Sequence record: PZ495249.1
DNA from: a phage
Length of the DNA: 64,000 bases
Strand: one strand, 5' to 3'
A model generated the notes under the pieces. That model was not told the DNA's origin. It did not search any database and worked only from the letters and a program-made list of their open reading frames with translations. The translations under genes and the position numbers were made by a program. Below are positions 37,980 to 46,803 of this stretch, piece by piece (positions within the stretch are counted from its first letter, which is position 1; each line of letters begins with the position of its first letter).

Positions 37980-39386
37980 TTATGAGGATACTGTAGTGCT
38001 GTTAGAGTTCTGTACGTTGGCAGTACGGTTCGTTAGAACGTTCACCTGCACTTTAACGTAGTGGAAGAATCCAGCATATACATACTCAATCACCATACCG
38101 TCTACCAGGCGCTGGTTGATTTGCGCATCGGTCATGTCGGCACGAGATGGGATGTAAACCGTTGGTTTCAGACTCACAAGCAGTCCAGTTTCTTCTGAGG
38201 TAACTACTTCGTTAGAAATAGAACCGTTACGAATACCCACTTGGATTGGGTTTGCCATTACCGCTTGACGAATCAGAGCGATACCAGCAGATGTTGCACG
38301 AACACCGCTTCCAAGCATTGATTGCTGCTTGAACAGAGTGAATAGAGATTCTTCTGTACGAGCTTTGAACCACAGTGAGTGAACAACGTAGTCAACGAAG
38401 AACCCATTAACCATGAAGCCATCACGATAGAACAGTACGCCGTGTTCTTTACGGTAGATGTTACCATTCTGTTGAACAATATAGTTCTCGGAAGTCTGAT
38501 CCAGTTTTTCAATCTCAATACCAACCAGAGTCTTACCGTGAAGGGTAGTCGTACCAGGTTGAGCAGAGCAGATTGAACCTACAACCGCAGCTTCTGGGAA
38601 TACAGTGTCAGCTTTCGTCATCCACAGGGCAAAACAAGTGTTCACATAACCCATGTCGCCAAGGCGTTCAAGGATGTTATCTGTGGCCTTAGTTTTGATG
38701 CCAGGTTCAGAGCTTGAGAAGAAGTACACTTTATCGTGTTCTTCAACATACCCTGCTACGTCAATGATATCCTGATCTACGTGAGAATCAGAAACTACCC
38801 AGAAGTAACTGTTATCTTCGTTAGAGATTGCTGTCAGATCTTCGAGAATAGAGTTCTCATAAGTTGTTACGCTTGTGAAACCTTGGCTTGATACGGAAGC
38901 AAATTTACCTGCTTTCGGTGCGAAGGTCATCTTAGCTCCATCGTTTGCCACGGTGAAGAAAGCGTTATAAGTTGTGTCTGCGTTGATCATTTCGGTTAAA
39001 CCTACTACGATCTCTTGCGCAGTTGCAGTGTCGTCAGAAACGAACTTGAAGTCCTTGCTCTTAGTACCGTTCTTGATAGTTACAATGTAGGTGTAGCTAT
39101 CTGTTACAATCGGTGTTAGAGTGAACTGGTCAACGTCACGTTTACCAACGATTACTTGTTGTGGTGCGAACAGTCCATCAAATAGCAGTTTTGCCATTTT
39201 ATAAGCTGGATCGCTCGTACTGAAACCTGCCGCCAGAAGTGCATCTGACGAAGTGAAGTAGTCAACTAAATTACCTGTTACAGAATGCCCTGTAAGAATT
39301 AGCGGAATGTCGAACTGAACTTCACTAATTGCAGTAGCACCGTAGGTAAGAGTAACGGAAACTACCTTTTCGCGAAAAGTTGCCAT
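37980..39386 (-). CDS. tail sheath protein
   Basis: 468 aa; size and position upstream of tube typical of contractile tail sheath. Confidence 0.6.
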   Translation of the reverse strand: MATFREKVVSVTLTYGATAISEVQFDIPLILTGHSVTGNLVDYFTSSDALLAAGFSTSDPAYKMAKLLFDGLFAPQQVIVGKRDVDQFTLTPIVTDSYTYIVTIKNGTKSKDFKFVSDDTATAQEIVVGLTEMINADTTYNAFFTVANDGAKMTFAPKAGKFASVSSQGFTSVTTYENSILEDLTAISNEDNSYFWVVSDSHVDQDIIDVAGYVEEHDKVYFFSSSEPGIKTKATDNILERLGDMGYVNTCFALWMTKADTVFPEAAVVGSICSAQPGTTTLHGKTLVGIEIEKLDQTSENYIVQQNGNIYRKEHGVLFYRDGFMVNGFFVDYVVHSLWFKARTEESLFTLFKQQSMLGSGVRATSAGIALIRQAVMANPIQVGIRNGSISNEVVTSEETGLLVSLKPTVYIPSRADMTDAQINQRLVDGMVIEYVYAGFFHYVKVQVNVLTNRTANVQNSNSTTVSS

Positions 39387-39420
39387 TTATGCTCCTGTTA
39401 GAAACTTTATTCCAATGAAT

Positions 39421-40098
39421 TTATCCGTTAGGATTATTAAATAATGATCCATCACTTGGCACATAAACCCCGTTAGGATTATGAGTGACGTAAACTCTAT
39501 CCAATGTTAAATCCAATGGATAAGGATCATCGTAAGTATCTCTGAATGAAAGAATGTGCATGTTGATTGCTTCAATTGGTGTGGTATCGAGGTCTTCGAT
39601 AATCATCTGCGTATTGAAGGTCATAAACATACGCGCTCTTGGTTCAGTTTTATCTCCATCCAGTACGGTGTTAGCTTGTGCAATATTACTTGCAGATAAG
39701 AAGCCAAGCCCTTTGGAATAAAGATACTGGTATTTTAATTCCTCTGCACCACGAAGAGCAGCCAGAACGTAAGTCATTAACGTCATCGGTCTACCACGAA
39801 CAGCAACAAGTTCTATTTCATACGTGTTGTCCATTGCATAGGATTGAGCCGATTGCGTGAATGAATATCTTTGTGACCACCCGCCTGAGTCATCAGACGA
39901 AACGATCCGTAGTGCCAGGTAGGGTGTTGTTGGTTTGACGAATGGTTTGTCCATTACATAAACCGGAAGCCCCGTTAATCTCTGTAAGAAACTCCCGATA
40001 TTAAGCAGGATGTTATTTTCATACAGTTCAATTTGTTCGTAGATATTAGCCAAAGTTGCCACCTTGTTCCGAATAAGAATATGTGTTGCTTTGGTCAT
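39421..40098 (-). CDS. hypothetical head-tail joining / tail completion protein
   Basis: 225 aa between the connector genes and the sheath. Confidence 0.35.
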   Translation of the reverse strand: MTKATHILIRNKVATLANIYEQIELYENNILLNIGSFLQRLTGLPVYVMDKPFVKPTTPYLALRIVSSDDSGGWSQRYSFTQSAQSYAMDNTYEIELVAVRGRPMTLMTYVLAALRGAEELKYQYLYSKGLGFLSASNIAQANTVLDGDKTEPRARMFMTFNTQMIIEDLDTTPIEAINMHILSFRDTYDDPYPLDLTLDRVYVTHNPNGVYVPSDGSLFNNPNG

Positions 40099-40489
40099 CT
40101 AAGATAGCCACACAATGTGTGTGAATCAGGAAGGAAGTTCTTGTCCAATCCTTTAAAGAGTAAATGGAGTACCACAGACCGTCAATTAAGATCATGTCCG
40201 GTAGTTGATTCGTTCCTTGCTGGATGCCTCTGATATCTGTTTTAGTCCAGAAGCTGTATTGAGCCTTAGATCTGTAACCTTCTGGAAGCGCCTGGAGAGT
40301 CTTGCCTGAAATAGGTTGCAAGCTCGCTGCTTCGATGGTAAATTCTTCGTAATCGACAGAGTTACCCATGTTGGCAATTGGCGAATCAGGATCTGAGACA
40401 TAGATTCTTCTACGTCCCTGATATGTTGTAAGATCAAGGAGAGTAAATTGGTCTAATAGCATTAGTATCTCCTTTTTAGTATACATCAA
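40046..40489 (-). CDS. hypothetical head-tail connector protein
   Basis: 147 aa; overlaps the downstream gene start. Confidence 0.35.
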   Translation of the reverse strand: MMYTKKEILMLLDQFTLLDLTTYQGRRRIYVSDPDSPIANMGNSVDYEEFTIEAASLQPISGKTLQALPEGYRSKAQYSFWTKTDIRGIQQGTNQLPDMILIDGLWYSIYSLKDWTRTSFLIHTHCVAILDDQSNTYSYSEQGGNFG

Positions 40490-40507
40490 AAACAGACTTA
40501 TTGCAAG

Positions 40508-40996
40508 TTATTTTTTCTTGCGACCACGCTTAACGTCTGACTCAATCGAGTTAATCAAGTGAGCAGTGTCGATAAGAATGTGAGTTGACATGTTGCCTCT
40601 GTCTTGACGAATCTTAATTGTCACAGGAGACAGCGGTTTATAACGTTGCAATGCAATTGCTTGCGCAATCCCTTCTCGTGTTGCCTTGGCAATAGGTTCG
40701 AATGCGCCCAATCCTTTACCTCTTAGCAGATAATCTCTGAACACGGATTGCCAGTGTTTAGGTATTTCTTTCGAAGCATGAAGCGCCCCGTCTGTTAAGA
40801 AGGGACGCGCAGGAACATTGTTGCTCTCGTTACCGAATTGTTGAATGGCAGCGATAGTAGGGATTGTGAGATCTGATTCAGGATGCATTTTCGGTTGAAG
40901 GAAACCTGCCTCTATTTCAATATAGTCCAGGGCTTCCATCTTGCGGAAATAATCTTCGAGAGACATATCATCGCCTTTAAGGATCTCACATTTCAT
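40508..40996 (-). CDS. hypothetical head-tail connector protein
   Basis: 162 aa. Confidence 0.35.
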   Translation of the reverse strand: MKCEILKGDDMSLEDYFRKMEALDYIEIEAGFLQPKMHPESDLTIPTIAAIQQFGNESNNVPARPFLTDGALHASKEIPKHWQSVFRDYLLRGKGLGAFEPIAKATREGIAQAIALQRYKPLSPVTIKIRQDRGNMSTHILIDTAHLINSIESDVKRGRKKK

Positions 40997-41544
40997 TATT
41001 TGTCTCTTCTGTAATAGCCTATGTTGCCATAATTACGGAGATAATTAATGTTACGTGTTTGTCTATCAACACTTGCAACCCCTCCGAGTCCGTTAACGGA
41101 ATCAGGATCACTGTTGACACGATCAATTTCACGAGCGCTAACGCCACCAACAATCACTTTACTCGTTACGCCACGTCCAGAAGCACAACCAGGAATCATC
41201 ATGTCACCATTGATATATCCATTGTAGATATCTTCCCAAGGTGATTTATATTCTGTTTGTCCGTTACTGAACACAACTTCAACTTGCACCTCTCCGACTT
41301 TTTCTTTGCGAGAGAGAGCACCACCAGATTGACTATTATGATTTAGTATATCGGTGTTCCACAGGTATTCAAGAACAGAGATTAAACTGTTCCACAGTAC
41401 AGCACATTTATTCGAGTCTTCATTCCCAAGAATATCAATCCAAGTTTGGATAATTGGGATTAGCACTTCATCCGGCAATACTTCCTGTGAAGGACTAAAT
41501 ACCAGGATACGAATCATAGGTGCGAGTTCAGTAGCAATAAGCAT
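40996..41544 (-). CDS. hypothetical head completion protein
   Basis: 182 aa. Confidence 0.35.
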   Translation of the reverse strand: MLIATELAPMIRILVFSPSQEVLPDEVLIPIIQTWIDILGNEDSNKCAVLWNSLISVLEYLWNTDILNHNSQSGGALSRKEKVGEVQVEVVFSNGQTEYKSPWEDIYNGYINGDMMIPGCASGRGVTSKVIVGGVSAREIDRVNSDPDSVNGLGGVASVDRQTRNINYLRNYGNIGYYRRDK

Positions 41545-41554
41545 TACTCACTCC

Positions 41555-41914
41555 TTATTTTTTAAGGGATGTGCGTTGAGATCTTTTCTTAGCTGGAGTA
41601 TCTACGGCTTTAACTTCAATCTTTTCCGCAGGGGCTTGCTCGTCTAATTTGGTATAGTCTTCAAAGCTCACCAGGTAATAACCAACGTGTTCTTCGCTGC
41701 TGAATGGAAGCACTTTAAGACCAGTTTCTTCACGTAGACGCACAAGGAAGTGTACAAAGTTTCCACCAAGTGCTACTCTACCATCAGTTGTGTAGAAGGA
41801 CATTGGCGGCGCAACGCTCAGAGTCTTACCTGCATCGAGAGATGGGGCAAGAGAGGCGAAGTCCATGATCATTTCATGGTATGAAAAATAACGTTTTAGT
41901 TCAGGGCTTGACAT
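41555..41914 (-). CDS. hypothetical head protein
   Basis: 119 aa downstream of the capsid terminator. Confidence 0.35.
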   Translation of the reverse strand: MSSPELKRYFSYHEMIMDFASLAPSLDAGKTLSVAPPMSFYTTDGRVALGGNFVHFLVRLREETGLKVLPFSSEEHVGYYLVSFEDYTKLDEQAPAEKIEVKAVDTPAKKRSQRTSLKK

Positions 41915-41948
41915 TTGAGTTCTCCTCGTTTATATTCTTCTCATAACA

Positions 41949-41975
41949 AAAAAGCCCACCCGCAAGGGGCAGGCT
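41949..41975 (-). terminator. intrinsic terminator after the major capsid gene
   Basis: GC-rich hairpin with GCAA/TTGC loop followed by TTTTTTGTT on the minus strand. Confidence 0.55.
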
Positions 41976-41993
41976 TTTTAGAATCCGTTAGGA

Positions 41994-42995
41994 TTAAGCA
42001 GTAGTCAGACGAACAACCAGTTCTGGGCGAGTGTTAACTGCCAGAAGAGAGAATTCAGACTGTAGCTGAACTGTACGGTGTTCTGATACCATGAAGGTAT
42101 ACAGTTCACGAGCAACAGTGTTCGCCAGTTCAGGTGTGTCAGCAGGAGCGTAGTGCGCCTGGAACATATCTGGGATACCCATTGGCAGCACGAATGCTTC
42201 ACCAGCAGGGATGTTTCCGTGGATATCTTCGATGTAAGTTACACCGTTCCATTCGAACACTTGAACGTCCATGTTGCCACTCAGACGGTCACGCAGCAGG
42301 TTTGGAGTACCTTGGAAATACTGGTACGCCTGACGCACGAACGGAGAGTTCACCAGAGAGGCGAAGAACTCGCGAGAGCACAGAGCGATGATACGAGTAG
42401 CGGTAGAACCGTCTTGTTTCTCGTCGATGATGTACGCACGAGCTTCCTGTTCTACAGTTGCCGCAGGGGAAACAGTAGTAGAAGTGAAGTCGATTGGTAC
42501 AACTTTCTGTGTTGCGTTCCATTCTGTGTACCAGTTGTACGCAGAGTTAGCTGCACCACCTGGTCCATTGTACGCGAAACCACGTACTGCATCAGCAAAG
42601 ATAGTTTCTTTGGTTTTGGCTACGTCGCGCATGATTTGAGTCATGTAGCGGTTAACAACTTCCGCTTCGGTACGAAGACTATCGTTGATACCAGCCATAG
42701 CGAAGCTACGGAAGGATTGGATATCCTGTGCCTTAATGTTCTTATCCAGAGGGAAGAACGGAATACGGAAGACTTTAACGCTTGGTGCGTCCATAGTCAG
42801 GAAGTTACGTTCACCACCACGTTCACGGGCAGGAATCAGACCATCAGCGTTTTTCTGTTTACCGATTTCGATAGCAGTAGTCGCGTGATAGTGAGTGTCG
42901 AACAGGCCAAGACTTGCGATCAGAGTATCAGGGGTGTCCTGTAACTCGATCATTGGGCTAAAGTCTACAACCTGGTCCAGAATAATAGCTGGCAT
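41994..42995 (-). CDS. major capsid protein (lambda gpE-like family)
   Basis: 333 aa; preceded by a small decoration-like gene and a scaffold gene; followed by a strong terminator. Confidence 0.6.
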   Translation of the reverse strand: MPAIILDQVVDFSPMIELQDTPDTLIASLGLFDTHYHATTAIEIGKQKNADGLIPARERGGERNFLTMDAPSVKVFRIPFFPLDKNIKAQDIQSFRSFAMAGINDSLRTEAEVVNRYMTQIMRDVAKTKETIFADAVRGFAYNGPGGAANSAYNWYTEWNATQKVVPIDFTSTTVSPAATVEQEARAYIIDEKQDGSTATRIIALCSREFFASLVNSPFVRQAYQYFQGTPNLLRDRLSGNMDVQVFEWNGVTYIEDIHGNIPAGEAFVLPMGIPDMFQAHYAPADTPELANTVARELYTFMVSEHRTVQLQSEFSLLAVNTRPELVVRLTTA

Positions 42996-43016
42996 GTATT
43001 AATCTCCTATTAATAA

Positions 43017-43409
43017 TTAAGAAGTGAAAACGACTTTTTCAGTCAGTTTCAGATCGTGAGTTTCCAGAGCAGCTACACCAGCGTCGTCGATCAGATTACC
43101 ATTTTTGTAGTAAACTGCGAAACGGTTTAGAGTCAGGTCACGTACACCAACAACTGCGGTGAAAGTGTCACCCACAGCTACATCGTCGATACCGAACAGT
43201 GCATCAGTCCATAGAAGAACTTTAACAGCACCAGAGGCAGCGGTAGCTTCCGTGTTGTCGGCTTGCAGTACAGAACCAATTTTCATGGTTGCAGTTTTAA
43301 CCAGGTTTACTTCGCGAACGCAGTGTCCAAGGTCAGAACTGAATACTCCACCCAGAACAAGGTGTCCGAATTCCTGGCGGTAGTTAGATAATGAAATTCC
43401 AGTTGCCAT
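43017..43409 (-). CDS. head decoration protein (gpD-like position)
   Basis: 130 aa immediately upstream of the capsid gene. Confidence 0.45.
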   Translation of the reverse strand: MATGISLSNYRQEFGHLVLGGVFSSDLGHCVREVNLVKTATMKIGSVLQADNTEATAASGAVKVLLWTDALFGIDDVAVGDTFTAVVGVRDLTLNRFAVYYKNGNLIDDAGVAALETHDLKLTEKVVFTS

Positions 43410-43427
43410 TAATTAAATCTCCTGAGA

Positions 43428-44558
43428 TTATTTCTGGGCTTTAGATTTTTTAAGTTCAGCGGCTTTCTGACGAATCAGATCAGAGGCAGATTTAGCAACT
43501 TGTTCTTGGTTGTTAACATCAACACCAACTTCTTTGCCAAATTCTTTCTTCACTGCTTCAACTTCTTCGCGAGCTTTCTCAAATGCAACAACAATAGTTT
43601 CAGCGATATCTTTGTTTTCGATCAGGTATTTAACCAGCGCTTCTACTTTGTCTTCTGCTACGAAATCATAAGATTTGATTACGGTAGCGTATTCGTCTTC
43701 AACACGAGCCAGTTCAGCTTTACGCAGTTCTTCTGCTGCTGCCTGTGCCTTAGCGATTTCTTCCTGAGCAGCGGCTTCGGCTTCTGCTTTCGCTTCGGCT
43801 TTTGCTTTTGCAATTTCTTCTGCTACCTGAGCTTTAATTAGCTCTTGGATTTCCGCAGATTTCAGGATTTCGTCTTTGTCGATATTTTCCAAAGGGATAT
43901 CTCCTTTATTTATGTCGGTTGTGTTTGCAGGGGAATTTGTATTTCCTTCTGCTGGATTATCCTCTGCAATCACAGAGTTCTTATCGGCGCGAGCATCAGA
44001 TGCTTTCACCAGGTAATCTTTTACATGATCAAATTTAATAGCACCTTTAACAAGGTTGCCTAATGCATCGTCGATCAGGTTATCAAAGAAATCCAGAGAG
44101 ACTAAAACATCACCGTCAACTACTTGATAATCTGTTGTCTGCACTACCGGATTAGCCACATCACCAACTTCAACAAGAAGTCCATTCAGTGTAAACTCAG
44201 TAGAGAACATTCCGTAGTCGCTACAGAAAATTACGATACCATTATCAAAGTCGGCATCCACAACATATACCCAATCCCAACCTGATTCGTATTTCTCACG
44301 AACAGCTTCTTGCAGAAGTGACATTAGTTGGTTAAGGTATGATTTACGTAGTTCGGTAACATCTTCACCCATCTTTTCGAGAGCTTCTAATTTCTCAAGA
44401 TTGATTTCAGGGTTGTCACCAGATTTGAAAAGTAAGGGGGTATTAAACCCAGAAGCTGCACCGCCTTGGAAATCGAAGGTATATGCGATGTGCGCTCCGC
44501 ATGAGTCTTCCGTAGCTTTACTTGAAAAGTCTACGTCAGTTAAATAAGTATGTGCCAC
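43428..44558 (-). CDS. capsid scaffolding protein (possibly protease-scaffold)
   Basis: 376 aa with C-terminal Ala/Glu/Lys coiled coil AEEIAKAKAEAKAEAEAAAQEEIAKAQAAAEELRKAE. Confidence 0.5.
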   Translation of the reverse strand: MAHTYLTDVDFSSKATEDSCGAHIAYTFDFQGGAASGFNTPLLFKSGDNPEINLEKLEALEKMGEDVTELRKSYLNQLMSLLQEAVREKYESGWDWVYVVDADFDNGIVIFCSDYGMFSTEFTLNGLLVEVGDVANPVVQTTDYQVVDGDVLVSLDFFDNLIDDALGNLVKGAIKFDHVKDYLVKASDARADKNSVIAEDNPAEGNTNSPANTTDINKGDIPLENIDKDEILKSAEIQELIKAQVAEEIAKAKAEAKAEAEAAAQEEIAKAQAAAEELRKAELARVEDEYATVIKSYDFVAEDKVEALVKYLIENKDIAETIVVAFEKAREEVEAVKKEFGKEVGVDVNNQEQVAKSASDLIRQKAAELKKSKAQK

Positions 44559-44560
44559 GA

Positions 44561-45040
44561 TTAGTCCTTCTTGACTATTCTACCCATAGCGCCAATGCTC
44601 AAGCCTTTAAGAACTCCGTCCTTACGTGCTTGGTATAGCTCTGCGTCGTAGAATTGGATTTTAACGAGAGGTGTACCTTCAACAACGAGTTCGTCACCAA
44701 TATAACAATCAACTTCATTAACCCATGCTTTAACTGGTTTAAATTTGTCAGTGTTTTTCAAGTGACCAAGATTGCCACTTACGTTGGCAATGTTTGCGTT
44801 GAAGTTGTCAACCATCTTTCTGATCTCAAGGTCAGACATACGTTCACCGTGAAGGTCGTCGTATTCTGGTGGACAATACATCACTTCGATAACTTGCATT
44901 TGTTCTTCATCAAACTTATTGTGTTTGATTACTTGCGCAGGTGTATCTTCTGGTGTAGAATCTTGTTGAGATGTGGAATCCTTACCCATAGCTTTAAAGG
45001 TTTCGAATAGATTCCAAAGTGTGTCTTTATTCAGTTCCAT
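44561..45040 (-). CDS. hypothetical head morphogenesis protein
   Basis: 159 aa between portal and scaffold. Confidence 0.35.
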   Translation of the reverse strand: MELNKDTLWNLFETFKAMGKDSTSQQDSTPEDTPAQVIKHNKFDEEQMQVIEVMYCPPEYDDLHGERMSDLEIRKMVDNFNANIANVSGNLGHLKNTDKFKPVKAWVNEVDCYIGDELVVEGTPLVKIQFYDAELYQARKDGVLKGLSIGAMGRIVKKD

Positions 45041-45076
45041 GAGGTTCCTCGTAAAAACAAATATCCCATAAATCTT

Positions 45077-45105
45077 AGTCTACAGGATATTCGCTTATTT
45101 GTCAA
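45077..45105 (-). promoter_or_regulatory. sigma70-like promoter TTGACA-N17-TAGACT in the AT-rich gap downstream of portal
   Basis: Minus sense TTGACA at 45100..45105, TAGACT at 45077..45082; 95 nt AT-rich intergenic region. Confidence 0.3.
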
Positions 45106-45135
45106 TACCTAAATTAAAAATTTTTCAAATTATTT

Positions 45136-46704
45136 TTAATTCGATAAATTTGCTGCTGAGTTGTCGGTTGCTGATGGGCTTGTTGAAGTGCCGTTTCCGG
45201 CTCCTGCTGCGAGTCCATCCCCAGAGCGTGAGGTTTTATCCGGTAAGAACGTAGCTGAGAACTCAGCCCACTTCTCAGGGCTTGTCACAATATCATCAGG
45301 GATACGATAGTTGATTCCACACATTGCGTAGAACTGGTTCATAACTTCTGGTGTCACTGCGATAGCTCCGGCTGCTACCAGTTGCTGGATAGCTTTGGCA
45401 TTTACCTCGATATTAGGATCGCCAATGTCATCACTGACAAACTTAGGCATATCTTCATCAGATAAGAAAATACCGTTAAGGCGAAGCATCTGCGGAATTA
45501 ACTGCGTATTGATGGCTTCTACCACGATATCAACATCACGTTCAATAAAGTGTGATAGTAATGTTTGTTTGTTATCGGATAATGCAAAACTACCTGCATC
45601 TCCGTCACCCATAATCAGAACACCTGCACCGAAACGGTTAAAGATATCCAGCTTACGCTGTTTGATTAGGGCTTGTGTGTCAAACTGTTTACCTGTACCT
45701 TGAACACCCTGGAAAGCAAGATCATATTGACGCATTACCGTTCCTTCGTAAACGTCAGAAGGTAGCACCATGTATGACTGCTCACCTGCGTGTAGGTTGG
45801 CAATATTAGCCTGTAGCACACGTAGAGATTGTGCCTCATCACCTTCTGGGTTCAGAGATGCACGATTAAGAATGTCGCTTGGAACCATCAGCACTGGCAT
45901 ACCGCCAAGGTCTTTTGATACCCCAACAACTTCGTATTCTTGGATCAGAGATTTCTCACGCCATGATCTGTACACTGCTAACAGTGGACTCACACCGAGA
46001 GGGTTATTCTCTGTAATATTGCTCCCGACATAAAGCACCTTATCCATCGGGATTTCTTTACGACCAAGCAGAGATACGTTAGTGCCTGGTGTCACCATAG
46101 ATCCGGTGATATTCTGGTTCACCGTAAGAATTGTGCGACCATCAGCAGAATAAGTGAAAGGCTCTGATAGATCAATTGTATCCTGGGGTCTAAACGCCAA
46201 TTTAGTAATGCGATAGTAACCGAAATACGGACTCTTTGGATCTTCGTCAAGTTCAAATACTTTCTCCGCAAACGCGAAACCAAACTGCTTGTATGTCAGT
46301 AATGAACGAACATACTGGCGAAGTGGAGCGTTCATGTTACGCAGAGCGAAGTCAACAAATTTTGCAGCCTTTCTTGACTTAGCTGATTTAACGTTGTATT
46401 CTATTGTGAAATCAAAGAATGCTCTGTCTACAAAGATATAGGTAGCGTCAAGAGCAGTTGCTACGTCTGGGTCTTCGCCCATCTCTTTGTACGTGCGGAT
46501 ATTCTCTGGGAAGCGAGTTTCATATGGCTGCATGAAATTCGTAAAGGCTTTGATTGAATTAAGCCCGATAGTACCAATTTCAGGCGACAGGAGTAAACTC
46601 TTTTCCTGCTGTGCTGTCTTAGTCGGTGAAAGTGTGGCTTTATTCGTCGTACCTTTGTTCCAGTAATCCGATTTTTTAGTGTACTTACGTTTTTCCGTTG
46701 ACAC
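45136..46704 (-). CDS. portal protein
   Basis: 522 aa directly downstream of the large terminase. Confidence 0.55.
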   Translation of the reverse strand: MSTEKRKYTKKSDYWNKGTTNKATLSPTKTAQQEKSLLLSPEIGTIGLNSIKAFTNFMQPYETRFPENIRTYKEMGEDPDVATALDATYIFVDRAFFDFTIEYNVKSAKSRKAAKFVDFALRNMNAPLRQYVRSLLTYKQFGFAFAEKVFELDEDPKSPYFGYYRITKLAFRPQDTIDLSEPFTYSADGRTILTVNQNITGSMVTPGTNVSLLGRKEIPMDKVLYVGSNITENNPLGVSPLLAVYRSWREKSLIQEYEVVGVSKDLGGMPVLMVPSDILNRASLNPEGDEAQSLRVLQANIANLHAGEQSYMVLPSDVYEGTVMRQYDLAFQGVQGTGKQFDTQALIKQRKLDIFNRFGAGVLIMGDGDAGSFALSDNKQTLLSHFIERDVDIVVEAINTQLIPQMLRLNGIFLSDEDMPKFVSDDIGDPNIEVNAKAIQQLVAAGAIAVTPEVMNQFYAMCGINYRIPDDIVTSPEKWAEFSATFLPDKTSRSGDGLAAGAGNGTSTSPSATDNSAANLSN

Positions 46705-46803
46705 TCCAATCTCCTTAGATTGATGCTGGACAAATAAAACTACCCCAATAAAGGGGTAGACTCTAAAGTTACTTTAACATACTTTGACAACTTTTGTCAA
46801 GCT